Counted from the first letter of the stretch, positions 19,439 through 28,788 are shown. The stretch is 64,000 nucleotides of DNA from an uncultured Desulfomonile sp. (GCA_937930835.1 CALGLN010000085.1:22898-86897); one strand, 5' to 3'. Notes: generated from the letters alone by a model not told the origin. A program made the numbers and translations.

Positions 19439-19634
19439 TTATTGCTTCAAAGAAAGCCGAATTATAAAAGATTGACCACGAAATGTCAAAAATAACGGGA
19501 TTCAATGAGCTTAGCAACTTGTTCGATTCCAGACGAAAGGAGCGCACACAAGAGCGGCAAGAAACTTCCAGGCGGGCCACACCTTGGCAAGGAGTTTTTT
19601 CCAAAATCGGTCTTAGGAAATCAAAAAGACGGTT

Positions 19635-19820
19635 TCAAATTTCTTCAACGGTTATGGCTTCTGTCGGACAAACAGAAATGCAGGATTCACAGCCAAGGCA
19701 TTCTTGAGGTACAGCCACTACAGTAATCTGGCCTTCTACTACTAAAACGTCCGCTGGGCACACATCCACACATTCACCACAATTATTGCACTTTTCCTCT
19801 TCTATCCTTGGTAAAAACAT
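19635..19820 (-). CDS. 2x[4Fe-4S] ferredoxin (~61 aa)
   Basis: CNNCGECVDVCP and CLGCESCISVCP motifs. I place the start at ATG 19820 (GGAG 7 nt upstream); the ORF track extends further, to 19907. Confidence 0.75.
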   Translation of the reverse strand: MFLPRIEEEKCNNCGECVDVCPADVLVVEGQITVVAVPQECLGCESCISVCPTEAITVEEI

Positions 19821-19995
19821 CAAGATCTCCTGCATGATTTGTTTTGGTCTTTCGACCAGACTTCTAGTAAAATGGATTTCTCCCAAGATAACCTCTTTGT
19901 CTAACACAATCCTGGCAATGGGTCAAACTTCCAAAGAAAATTATGTCGTTAGTCTGGATAAGTCTGATTGTATGGGCGGCCTCTGAAATGTTAGA

Positions 19996-22900
19996 GTGTT
20001 ACTCATGGAGAACGTTGAAGACAGTTTTTGCGTCCACGGAGAAGTTGTAAGACTAAATCCGAAAAGGATCCCAGCTCGCAATGGGGCCTACCATTTCAGC
20101 GCCGTTGAATTGAAGGTTGATCTCTCCAATGACCGGACATTCATAATATTTCCAGAATACTCGGGATTAGATTTTTTCGAATTTCCAAAGCTGTGCTGGC
20201 CTGGCGCAAGACTGTCGGCCTATGGTCTTAGACTAAATAATCGCTTGGAAGACGGTTGTGTTATTCTATGCGTAGGGCCTAAATCTGAACTGGTGCTTGA
20301 GCCCTTCAGACCTGTCAGCGTTGTGGAAGCTGTAGAATCATTCAGATGCCTCAGGGCGATTGACCTTAAATACCGGCTTCGGAGCGAGGAACCATTTTAC
20401 CTCGCGAAAGGAAAGGCTATTCACAGCTTGTTTGATCATTTGGTTCGTAACCCATCAAATTCGACCAAGTCGTTTTTCGATTTGCCTTTATCGTCTGCCA
20501 TATCCGCATTTCTCGAAATCTTGCCAGGATCCTCGACTTCCATCACGTATGAAGACCTCAAGAATGAATTCAAAAGACATCATAAGAATCTGGCATATTG
20601 GATCTCCAACAACTTTGGGGATGATTTTGAGGTAGATACGGAGTTTGACAAAATATCTATTCGTTATGGTCTGAAAGGTCGCGCGGATGCAGTTTTTTAT
20701 TCCGACTCTTCAAAAACAATCGTAGAACTCAAATCCGGCAAATTCCCCAGCGACGACCATTTACTGCAACTCCACGCCTACGGGATGATCATGCTTGGAA
20801 CCAGCGCCGAGTGCGAAATGAATTGCTGTCTAGTCTATTCGTCAACAGGCCTATCGAAAAAAGTTGAGAACCTTTCGTTCGACAACAATAGATCTGTTTT
20901 GCACGGGCGAAATAGATGTGTGGCTTTACGGCGCTACTATGCATTTAAGGACAACTTCTGCATACCTTCTGAAATCAATTCATGTGATGTCAACACTAAG
21001 TGCTACTCAAGGAAAAACTGCGAGGATTTTTATTATTCCCGGCCACCCTCGAGCAACTTATCCAACGATATTCAGAGAGAATATTATGACACCTGGTTTA
21101 CTCTCATTGCGATTGATGAATGGCATCAAGAATCTGAATTCGCTAGAATCTTGGACAAATCAACTCTCAATGAGAGACTGGCCGACGGTTCCACGATTCC
21201 AGTAAAGTTCTCAAATTCCTGCAATGTAGTCGAATCAGAATTGGGGGAAGATCATGGGGCGAAGAAGGCAAGAGCTCGTGAAGAAAGAAATGATTCGAGG
21301 AGTTCAATATCAAATTTGGCATCCTCCGGAAATGGACAGGTGGATTTCATATGTATTGATGGGATCGGTGACTTGTCTGAAGGAGATGAGATCATTGTTC
21401 ACAGAGGCGACGTGTGCGCAACAGATTCTATAAGAGGTCGTGTGAACGAGGTCGGTCAGACGAGGCTATCCCTAGTGTCGAAGATTGATATAAGGCGGCA
21501 CAGCCGAGAACTTATTTGCAACCACAATGGTAACGAGATCTGGTACGTCGACAGAGTTCCTTTTCTTCGTGGCAGAGAAGTGTCTCGAAAAGGTCTCTTG
21601 ACCTTTCTAAGGAATGCTGCGCCAAACATACTAAATGCCGTAATAAAAGATTTCCGAGAGCTCATTGATACAAGCCGCCATGATGCTAATCCTACCAAAT
21701 TGGCCAGCGGAATTTCAAAAAATCAGGATTTTGAAAGATCCGATTTGTTACATCCGCCGACTCTCAATCGGATAAAAGACAAATCCAGTGATGATGAAAC
21801 AGGATTTGACCGACTAAACCAAAATCAGAAAGAAGCCGTAATAAGATCGTTGGGCGCTCCAGTATATCACCTGATTCATGGACCTCCCGGCACTGGTAAG
21901 ACTAAAGTGTTGTCTACACTGATTGTCAAATTAATAAACCAAAAAAAGAGAGTTCTTCTCGCTTGTCCTACAAACGTAGCTCTCGATAATGTCTTGATCG
22001 CGTTGCTGGCATTGGGCTTCAAAACATTCCTACGAGTTGGAGGTAGATTCAGTTATTCTGATGAATTTGTTCGTGTGAATCGAGAGATTGGCAATCCTGG
22101 AGCGCTTGTTGACCACCTGTCCAGCTCAACTACGGATTTTCAAAAATTTAGGCGCTGCATCAATACTGCAAAACTTATTGGAGCCACAGCCTATCAGTGC
22201 GCCTCCAATCCATTATTTCTAAAACAACATTTCGATATCGCAATTGTTGACGAAGCTGGACAATTGGATGAACCGTCAACCTTAGCCCCACTGTCTTTAG
22301 CGGATCGTTTCGTGCTAAGCGGAGATCATCTGCAGCTTCCACCGGTTGTAAATAGCCGGTTGGCTGATTCAAATAAGACCCCAATGGGTCTGGAGATTTC
22401 CTTGTTTGAAAGATTGTTCGTCACATCTGCAACCCAAAACGCAACATCTTTGAGAGTCCAATATCGAATGAACTCCGAAGTGCAAGAAATTTCTTCAAAA
22501 CTTTTTTATGACAGCAAACTGGTAGCGTCTCCAGAGATTTGTGGACGCAGGTTTAAAATTACAAGGAAACGGATTGTCAAATCGGAGATCTGGGAAATAA
22601 TTGACCCTGAAAAGTCGACAGTGTTTGTCGATGTGTGTGGCTCCATGGAGACAGGAAAAGCGCGCGCTGAGGAAGCCGAAGTTGCTGTTGAGATCGTCGA
22701 TGGCCTCATGAAAGCGGGTTTGTCATCTCGAGAAATCGGAATCATAACACCATATAGGGCTCAACAGTCCCTTATCAGGCAGAAACTCAATAAACTCAAC
22801 GAATGTCATGATCTCTCTGTAGATACCGTCGATCGCTTTCAAGGAGGTGAACGTGAGGTGATAATAATTTCACTGGCACGGTCTAATGCTGTCACATCTT

Positions 22901-23046
22901 TTCTAGCCGATCCCAAGAGGCTTAATGTTTCACTTACTCGTGCCAGGTCGAAACTGATTCTGCTGGGTAAGGCCTCGGTTTTGGAGGAGCACCCTCTATT
23001 TCATGCAATCGTAAAAAGTATGAACAAGATACGAATGGTCAGATAA
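19996..23046 (+). CDS. Dna2-like fusion protein: Cas4/AddB-type PD-(D/E)XK nuclease domain + Upf1/Dna2-class SF1B helicase
   Basis: 1016 aa. Nuclease core: GRADAVFYSDSSKTIVELKSGK...QLHAYG, flanked by Cys residues (FRC ... C-x5-C-x5-C). Helicase: HGPPGTGKT, IVDEAGQ, QYRMN, TVDRFQGGEREVIIISL, RLNVSLTRAR. The start may be ATG 20005 rather than GTG 19996. Confidence 0.8.
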   Translation: MLLMENVEDSFCVHGEVVRLNPKRIPARNGAYHFSAVELKVDLSNDRTFIIFPEYSGLDFFEFPKLCWPGARLSAYGLRLNNRLEDGCVILCVGPKSELVLEPFRPVSVVEAVESFRCLRAIDLKYRLRSEEPFYLAKGKAIHSLFDHLVRNPSNSTKSFFDLPLSSAISAFLEILPGSSTSITYEDLKNEFKRHHKNLAYWISNNFGDDFEVDTEFDKISIRYGLKGRADAVFYSDSSKTIVELKSGKFPSDDHLLQLHAYGMIMLGTSAECEMNCCLVYSSTGLSKKVENLSFDNNRSVLHGRNRCVALRRYYAFKDNFCIPSEINSCDVNTKCYSRKNCEDFYYSRPPSSNLSNDIQREYYDTWFTLIAIDEWHQESEFARILDKSTLNERLADGSTIPVKFSNSCNVVESELGEDHGAKKARAREERNDSRSSISNLASSGNGQVDFICIDGIGDLSEGDEIIVHRGDVCATDSIRGRVNEVGQTRLSLVSKIDIRRHSRELICNHNGNEIWYVDRVPFLRGREVSRKGLLTFLRNAAPNILNAVIKDFRELIDTSRHDANPTKLASGISKNQDFERSDLLHPPTLNRIKDKSSDDETGFDRLNQNQKEAVIRSLGAPVYHLIHGPPGTGKTKVLSTLIVKLINQKKRVLLACPTNVALDNVLIALLALGFKTFLRVGGRFSYSDEFVRVNREIGNPGALVDHLSSSTTDFQKFRRCINTAKLIGATAYQCASNPLFLKQHFDIAIVDEAGQLDEPSTLAPLSLADRFVLSGDHLQLPPVVNSRLADSNKTPMGLEISLFERLFVTSATQNATSLRVQYRMNSEVQEISSKLFYDSKLVASPEICGRRFKITRKRIVKSEIWEIIDPEKSTVFVDVCGSMETGKARAEEAEVAVEIVDGLMKAGLSSREIGIITPYRAQQSLIRQKLNKLNECHDLSVDTVDRFQGGEREVIIISLARSNAVTSFLADPKRLNVSLTRARSKLILLGKASVLEEHPLFHAIVKSMNKIRMVR

Positions 23047-23086
23047 AATTTAGTAACTATCAATCAAGTTAGGAGAATTTAAACTC

Positions 23087-25753
23087 ATGGCTCAAGAAGG
23101 GCAGGAATTATACCTTATAGATGGGAGTTCTTATATTTACAGAGCATATCACGCCATGGGACCACTATCCAATTCCCAGGGATTCCCAACAGGAGCGATA
23201 TTTGGTTTCACCAACATGATATCTAAAACTCTCAAAGATAAATCCCCCGAGCGCATAGCCGTAGTTTTTGACGCCAAGGGTCCCACATTCCGCCATGAAA
23301 TGTTCTCCCAATACAAGGCCAACAGGCCTCCAGCTCCTGAAGACCTTATTCTTCAAATACCCAGGATTCACGAGTTGGTGGTGGCTTATTCAATACCGAT
23401 AATCTGTGTTCAAGGTTATGAGGCTGACGACGTGATTGCAACCGTAGCGGCAAAGGCTAATAGCCTTGGATGGAAAACCATCATCGTATCTGGCGACAAG
23501 GATCTTACCCAGATTGTAAACCCCCAATCCGTCATGTGGGATCCCCAGAAGGACGTTGTCTATGATGAGCACGGAGTTAAGGAAAAGTTTGGAGTCAATC
23601 CATCACAAATTATAGACTTTCTCGCTCTGACGGGTGACTCATCGGATAATGTCCCAGGTGTCCCGGGAATTGGCCCAAAAACTGCAATGAACCTGATTGA
23701 GATCTATGATTCTTTGAGCGAACTTTACAATCATATTGAAGAGATAAAACAGAAGAAAGTCAAAGCTAACTTACTAAACCACAGGGAAGATGCTCTATTA
23801 AGCAAAAGATTGGTTACTCTTAAATCAGATGTTCCCATAGACGTAAGCATCGAAGACCTCCGCCCTGGTGAACCCGACATTTCAATGCTCCGCTCAATGT
23901 TCAAAGAATTTGAATTTCGAAAAATGTTGGCTGATCTGCCGGCCACCAAGAAACTCGATTTCTCAAAATACGAGTCCATCATCGAAATTCATGAATTGGA
24001 AACTCTAATTGAATATCTCGAACAAAAAAAACAATTTGCTCTTGATGTCGAGACAACCTCACTTCAACCTATGTTGGCTGAACTGGTGGGGATATCCGTT
24101 TGCGCTGAGGCAGGCAAAGCTTTTTATGTCCCCGTTGGACACAAGACCGGAAAGCAACTCGACAAATATGAAGTCTTAAACAAATTCAGAAAAATTCTTC
24201 AAGACCCGAATATCAAGAAAATAGGGCAAAATATTAAATACGATTTGATTGTTCTAAGAAATGAAGGTCTGGAAATCAATGGAATAGCATTCGACACAAT
24301 GTTGGCGTCGTATATCCTTGATCCCTCTCGCAGAGGTCACTCGCTGGATGATCTATCCGAATTGCTTCTGGAACATAAGATGATTCCAATAAAGGATCTG
24401 ATTGGTATTGGCAAAAATCAGATTCTTTTTTCGGAGGCGCCGATCTCTCAAGCTGAGATTTACTCATGCGAGGATGCCGATGTAACCTATAGAATTTCTG
24501 AGCTACTTTGGCCTCGAATAAAACAGGAAGGGTTAGGGGAGCTTTACGACAATGTTGAAATGCCTCTCATACAAGTCCTGGCAGACATGGAAATGGCGGG
24601 CGTAAAAGTGGATGTTCGTTATCTTGCCGAATTATCGGATGAATTTAAGGTTTCCTTGGAATCACTCGAGCAGACCATCTATCAACTAGCAGGAGAGAGA
24701 TTCAACATAAATTCCACGCAACAACTCAGTGAAATTCTCTTCAACAAAATAGGGCTAAAATCCACGAAGAAAACTAAAACAGGCCTGTCCACTGCATTGA
24801 ACGTTCTCGAAGAATTAGCATCGGAGCACGAGTTACCTAAAAAAATACTTGAATACAGGTCAATCTTCAAACTCAAATCCACATACGTTGACTCTCTAAC
24901 GACTCTCGTTAATCCTAAAACTGGACGAATCCACACCTCATACAATCAAGCCGTTGCTGCGACGGGAAGACTATCGTCATCTGATCCAAACCTACAAAAC
25001 ATTCCTATAAGATCTTCAGAGGGAAGAAAGATCAGAAAAGCGTTCGTGGCTGATCAAGGAAAAGTTCTTGTGTCCGCTGATTATTCACAGATAGAACTTA
25101 GGGTTATGGCTCACTTGTCTGGTGACGCGAGATTGACAGAGGCTTTTGAGGCTGGTGAGGATATTCATTCCATTACAGCCGCCAGCGTTTTCGATTGCGC
25201 ACCCGAACTTGTAACGCCTGATATGCGACGGAAAGCCAAGGAAATAAATTTTGGAATAATTTACGGTATGGGGCCATTTAAGTTGGCAGGACAAATCGGA
25301 GTTGGTTTGAAAATGGCCAAAAAGTATCTTGAAGATTATTATGAAACTTATTCGGGAGTTAAAAAATATATGGAAGAAATTCCAGAGAAAGCTGCGAAAT
25401 GCGGCTATGTTACTACTGTCCTGGGTAGACGCCGTCCCCTACCTGATCTAAACAGCCCCAACAAAATCCTGCAGCAAGCAGCAAGACGCATTGCAATCAA
25501 TACTACCATACAAGGTAGCGCAGCCGATTTAATAAAAATTGCCATGATAAAGGTTAATTTAGCAATAAAACAACTTGCTTTTCCCTGCAAAATGATTCTA
25601 CAGGTTCACGACGAACTCGTACTGGAAACGGATTCGAAATACGTAGATGCAATTTCAAAATTGTTAAAGACGGAAATGGAAAATGCTTATAGACTAGTGG
25701 TTCCGCTGGTCGTAGATGTCTCTTACGGAAAAAACTGGGATGAAGCTCATTGA
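23087..25753 (+). CDS. polA: DNA polymerase I (5'-3' exonuclease, 3'-5' exonuclease and polymerase domains)
   Basis: 888 aa. LIDGSSYIYRAYHA; Exo motifs DVETTSL, NIKYDL, YSCEDAD; polymerase motifs DYSQIELR, RRKAKEINFGIIYG, QVHDEL. Confidence 0.95.
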   Translation: MAQEGQELYLIDGSSYIYRAYHAMGPLSNSQGFPTGAIFGFTNMISKTLKDKSPERIAVVFDAKGPTFRHEMFSQYKANRPPAPEDLILQIPRIHELVVAYSIPIICVQGYEADDVIATVAAKANSLGWKTIIVSGDKDLTQIVNPQSVMWDPQKDVVYDEHGVKEKFGVNPSQIIDFLALTGDSSDNVPGVPGIGPKTAMNLIEIYDSLSELYNHIEEIKQKKVKANLLNHREDALLSKRLVTLKSDVPIDVSIEDLRPGEPDISMLRSMFKEFEFRKMLADLPATKKLDFSKYESIIEIHELETLIEYLEQKKQFALDVETTSLQPMLAELVGISVCAEAGKAFYVPVGHKTGKQLDKYEVLNKFRKILQDPNIKKIGQNIKYDLIVLRNEGLEINGIAFDTMLASYILDPSRRGHSLDDLSELLLEHKMIPIKDLIGIGKNQILFSEAPISQAEIYSCEDADVTYRISELLWPRIKQEGLGELYDNVEMPLIQVLADMEMAGVKVDVRYLAELSDEFKVSLESLEQTIYQLAGERFNINSTQQLSEILFNKIGLKSTKKTKTGLSTALNVLEELASEHELPKKILEYRSIFKLKSTYVDSLTTLVNPKTGRIHTSYNQAVAATGRLSSSDPNLQNIPIRSSEGRKIRKAFVADQGKVLVSADYSQIELRVMAHLSGDARLTEAFEAGEDIHSITAASVFDCAPELVTPDMRRKAKEINFGIIYGMGPFKLAGQIGVGLKMAKKYLEDYYETYSGVKKYMEEIPEKAAKCGYVTTVLGRRRPLPDLNSPNKILQQAARRIAINTTIQGSAADLIKIAMIKVNLAIKQLAFPCKMILQVHDELVLETDSKYVDAISKLLKTEMENAYRLVVPLVVDVSYGKNWDEAH

Positions 25754-25802
25754 TATACCCTAGCCTTCAATAAAAGAATAAAAAATAAAGGAATCCCAAA
25801 AA

Positions 25803-27080
25803 ATGTCAGAAAACTTTTCAGCTTGGATATTAACCATCGGTAATGAAATTATTAATGGAGTAATTACGGATACCAACAGAGAAAACATATCCAGAGAGCT
25901 TAGAAGTGTGGGAATCCCGATCAGGGGCATGTCTTCGGTAGGTGATGATGAAACCGAAATTGCTGAGGCGCTAAAATATTCTATGGGCAAGGCGGATCTC
26001 ACAATTGTCAGCGGTGGTCTAGGACCAACCGAAGATGATAAGACGGCTGGGGGGGCAGCGCTGTTTCTTGGTGATACCTTAGTCTTGAACGAAGTACAGC
26101 TAGAAAGGATTCGCGACCGTTTCAACAGAATGGGACGCCCCATGTCACCTAGCAATGCTAAACAAGCAATGCTTCCCTCAAAATCAATTCCTTTGCCAAA
26201 CGACTATGGAACCGCCCCAGGCTTTGCTATCGAGAATTCAAATCGCTACGCCTTATTTTTTCCGGGAATTCCCGCAGAGCTTCTGCCGATGTTGCGCGAA
26301 CAGGCATTGCCGCTCATATTCAAACAGCTTGGTTCTAGCCAAAAAGTTTTCAAAAGCAAGACCACCATTGTTTATGGACATTCAGAATCACGTCTGGGAG
26401 AAATACTCGCCGACATAGCGGTGGATACAGCCAATTGTCATTTGGCCTTTCTCCCTAGGTTTCCAATCATGAGACTCAGAATAGATGCCATCGGGTCAAG
26501 TGAAGAAGAGGCATCCAAAATAATCGAAGACAAGCAACATCTCATCCGCGAAAGAATTGCCGAAAACATAATCAGTGAAGATGGGGAGTCGGTCGAGAAG
26601 ATCATGACAAGATTATTAGTCGAACGGAATCTAACCTTGAGTCTTGCTGAATCTATAACCGGGGGCATGATTGGTGAGATGCTGACTAGGGTTCCAGGAT
26701 CTTCAAATGTTTTCATGGGATCGGTTGTCTCGTATTCCAACGATATGAAGGTAAATCTACTCAAAGTATCGCAAAAAATAATTCAGGACAAAGGGGCTGT
26801 TTCACATGAATGTGCCCAAGCCATGGCCACGGGAGCTCGCCTGGTGGGCAACTCTTCGATCGGGCTATCTGTTACGGGGGTAGCCGGTCCTGATGGTGGG
26901 TCTCCCACAAAACCGGTAGGAACCTTTTTTGTCGGCTTGTCCTCGGAAAACATGTTGATTAGCCGGCGATATTTAATGCCCGGAAAGAGAGCATGGGTAA
27001 AAACATTAGCGGCTATGCAGGCTCTAGACCTGCTCAGGAGGAATCTCCTCGGATTCAGATTGCACGGTGCAACAGACTGA
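25803..27080 (+). CDS. cinA: CinA-family protein (MoCF-binding domain + NMN amidohydrolase PncC-like domain)
   Basis: 425 aa. GNEIINGVITDTN, SGGLGPTEDD, and C-terminal LSLAESITGGMIG. Confidence 0.9.
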   Translation: MSENFSAWILTIGNEIINGVITDTNRENISRELRSVGIPIRGMSSVGDDETEIAEALKYSMGKADLTIVSGGLGPTEDDKTAGGAALFLGDTLVLNEVQLERIRDRFNRMGRPMSPSNAKQAMLPSKSIPLPNDYGTAPGFAIENSNRYALFFPGIPAELLPMLREQALPLIFKQLGSSQKVFKSKTTIVYGHSESRLGEILADIAVDTANCHLAFLPRFPIMRLRIDAIGSSEEEASKIIEDKQHLIRERIAENIISEDGESVEKIMTRLLVERNLTLSLAESITGGMIGEMLTRVPGSSNVFMGSVVSYSNDMKVNLLKVSQKIIQDKGAVSHECAQAMATGARLVGNSSIGLSVTGVAGPDGGSPTKPVGTFFVGLSSENMLISRRYLMPGKRAWVKTLAAMQALDLLRRNLLGFRLHGATD

Positions 27081-27089
27081 CACAATCCC

Positions 27090-27359
27090 TTAAGGTTCAG
27101 TCGTGTGTTGGTTATCCGTGATTCTCACAAATGCGTTTAAGTATCTGGATCGATAGCCGTATCGTTTGAGAAACTGGCTAGTTATATGAGACGTGGTCCC
27201 TGTGATGCAATAGACTACATTTTCTTTATCCACAGTTAGCCTGCAATATTCTTCATGTAGTCTGAAAAATGGAATGTTTAATGCCCCAGGTAACAAACCT
27301 CTGGCAAATTAACTCTCATCCCTGACATCCAAAATGATTTTTCCATCTGAAGTGTGAAG
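27090..27359 (-). pseudogene. Truncated and nonsense-interrupted single-domain rhodanese
   Basis: My translation gives LHTSDGKIILDVRDES-TAA-FARGLLPGALNIPFF...KENVVYCITGTTS. The in-frame TAA (27309-27311) sits where rhodaneses have the Glu of the E-F pair. A TGA (27360-27362) closes the frame just upstream, so the normal N-terminal ~25 aa are missing. The C-terminus lacks the usual GG..W end. Confidence 0.55.
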
Positions 27360-27365
27360 TCATTG

Positions 27366-27392
27366 TGGAGGGTCCTATCAATGGACCCTCCA
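27366..27392 (-). terminator. Stem-loop 14 nt after the stop of the multi-rhodanese gene (possible terminator or 3' stabiliser)
   Basis: Perfect 9-bp stem GGAGGGTCC / GGACCCTCC with a 7-nt loop, extendable by a T-A pair. There is no clear U-tract on either strand. Confidence 0.4.
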
Positions 27393-27405
27393 TGCTCAAA
27401 ATGAC

Positions 27406-28788
27406 CTATTCTTCTAAGGTGTAAGCTCCCTCTTTATCTTTGTCAAAACTCAAGGTGGCACGTAAATAGCCCGCATTGTATCCCGCATTTTTCAATATGG
27501 TGTAGGCCATTTCCGCCCTGGCTCCAGTCGCGCAGTGAACGATAATTCTTTTGTCTTTGGGGACTTCAGAAATCCGTACTTCCAATTCATCAAGTGGAAT
27601 ATTAACTGTGTTTGGAAGTTTACCTTCGTTGACTTCAGCAACATTTCTTACATCAAGAATAATCGTATCAGGAGATGGTTTTTCAAGAAAACCCTTGAAC
27701 ACGGATAGTTCAACTTCGCCTGGAAGTAATTTTCTGACATAGTTAATAGTTGTCGCTGCGGCTTCCGTAGAAACGGTTTTACCCGCTGATTGCCAACCTT
27801 TAAAACCTTTGTCTAGTATACTGACCTGATTGTATCCCCATCCGGCGATAGCGTGAAACGCCTTCTTAGTCTCTTCCGAAACACCATCATCGCCATAAAG
27901 GATTATTGCGGCTCCCTTGAATTTCGGGAATTGATCCTTCAGCGCATCAATGCCGTCTTTCGGTAGCGACACAGCCTTGGGGATGTGTCCTTTAGCAATC
28001 AGATCAGCGGACCTGGTATCAATCAGGATGTATGAAGCGTCCAGTTTGTTATACTCTTCAATAGCTGCGTTGTTTGAAACGACTAAATGTCCAGCTTTTC
28101 TCCAATCAGGTAATCCAGCATGATAAACTTTGACATTCTTGTAGCCTAGTTTTTCCGCCTTCCTGGCGGCTAATGGGCTAAGCACTCAGGAAAATCCAGC
28201 GCAATAATAAATCTGGAGAGTATCTTTGTCCTTGAATAATTTCTCTGCAAGCTTATCAAATGCGAAAAAGGGCATACCAACGGCTGTGGGGATGTGTCCC
28301 TCGTTGTATCGTTCCATCGGACGACTATCAAGGAGGATGTAACTTCCTTTTTCAGGACCTTTGGCGACCAGGTCGGCTAACTGTTCAGCTGTTATGAGCT
28401 GTTCAGCAGGTACCGCAATACCCTTTTTGACCTCGATCTCTTTCGCGTAAGTTTTGCCGTCCTTCTTGGCATAAATTACCTTTACCGATTCCTCTTTGGG
28501 AATTTCCGGAATACTAGGCGCATTCTTGAGAACCGTGGCATCGTCAAAAGTAATGACTTCTAGACCCTTGTCAATCTGAAGCTGAAGGCAATTGGCTTTT
28601 ACCGATGCGCTCTTGAACTTGCCTGCCATCACATTCGATTGCTTGTCATACTCATGACACTTCAAGCAACTCTGATCCGATTTGGCAGGAAGCTTGTCAT
28701 CAGCTACCGCTAATCCGTTGAGCGTCCAAAAAACGCCCACGATCAGAAATGAAAAAGCGCCGATCACGAAAAGTGACCTTTTAGACAT
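27406..28788 (-). CDS. Exported CXXCH + triple-rhodanese protein, probable selenoprotein (Sec encoded by in-frame TGA 28186-28188, residue 201 of 460)
   Basis: ORFs 28186..28788 and 27406..28185 are in the same frame and separated only by TGA. Joined, they read ...DTLQIYYCAGFS-U-VLSPLAARKAEKLGYKNVKVYHAGLPDWRKAG, a single rhodanese domain. GGAG lies 7 nt upstream of ATG 28788. The signal peptide is MSKRSLFVIGAFSFLIVGVFWTLNGLAVA, followed by CLKCH. Domains 2 (ILYGDDG, no Cys) and 3 (IIVHCATGAR) follow. A hairpin lies downstream of the TGA. Confidence 0.6.
28142..28180 (-). promoter_or_regulatory. Candidate bacterial SECIS-like hairpin, starting 5 nt 3' of the in-frame UGA
   Basis: mRNA: UGA GUGCU UAGCC CAU UAG CCGCC AGGAA GGCGG AAAAA CUA GGCUA. 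Three stacked helices (5+3+5 bp) with a CAU bulge, an A5 bulge and a 5-nt apical loop containing GG. Confidence 0.5.
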
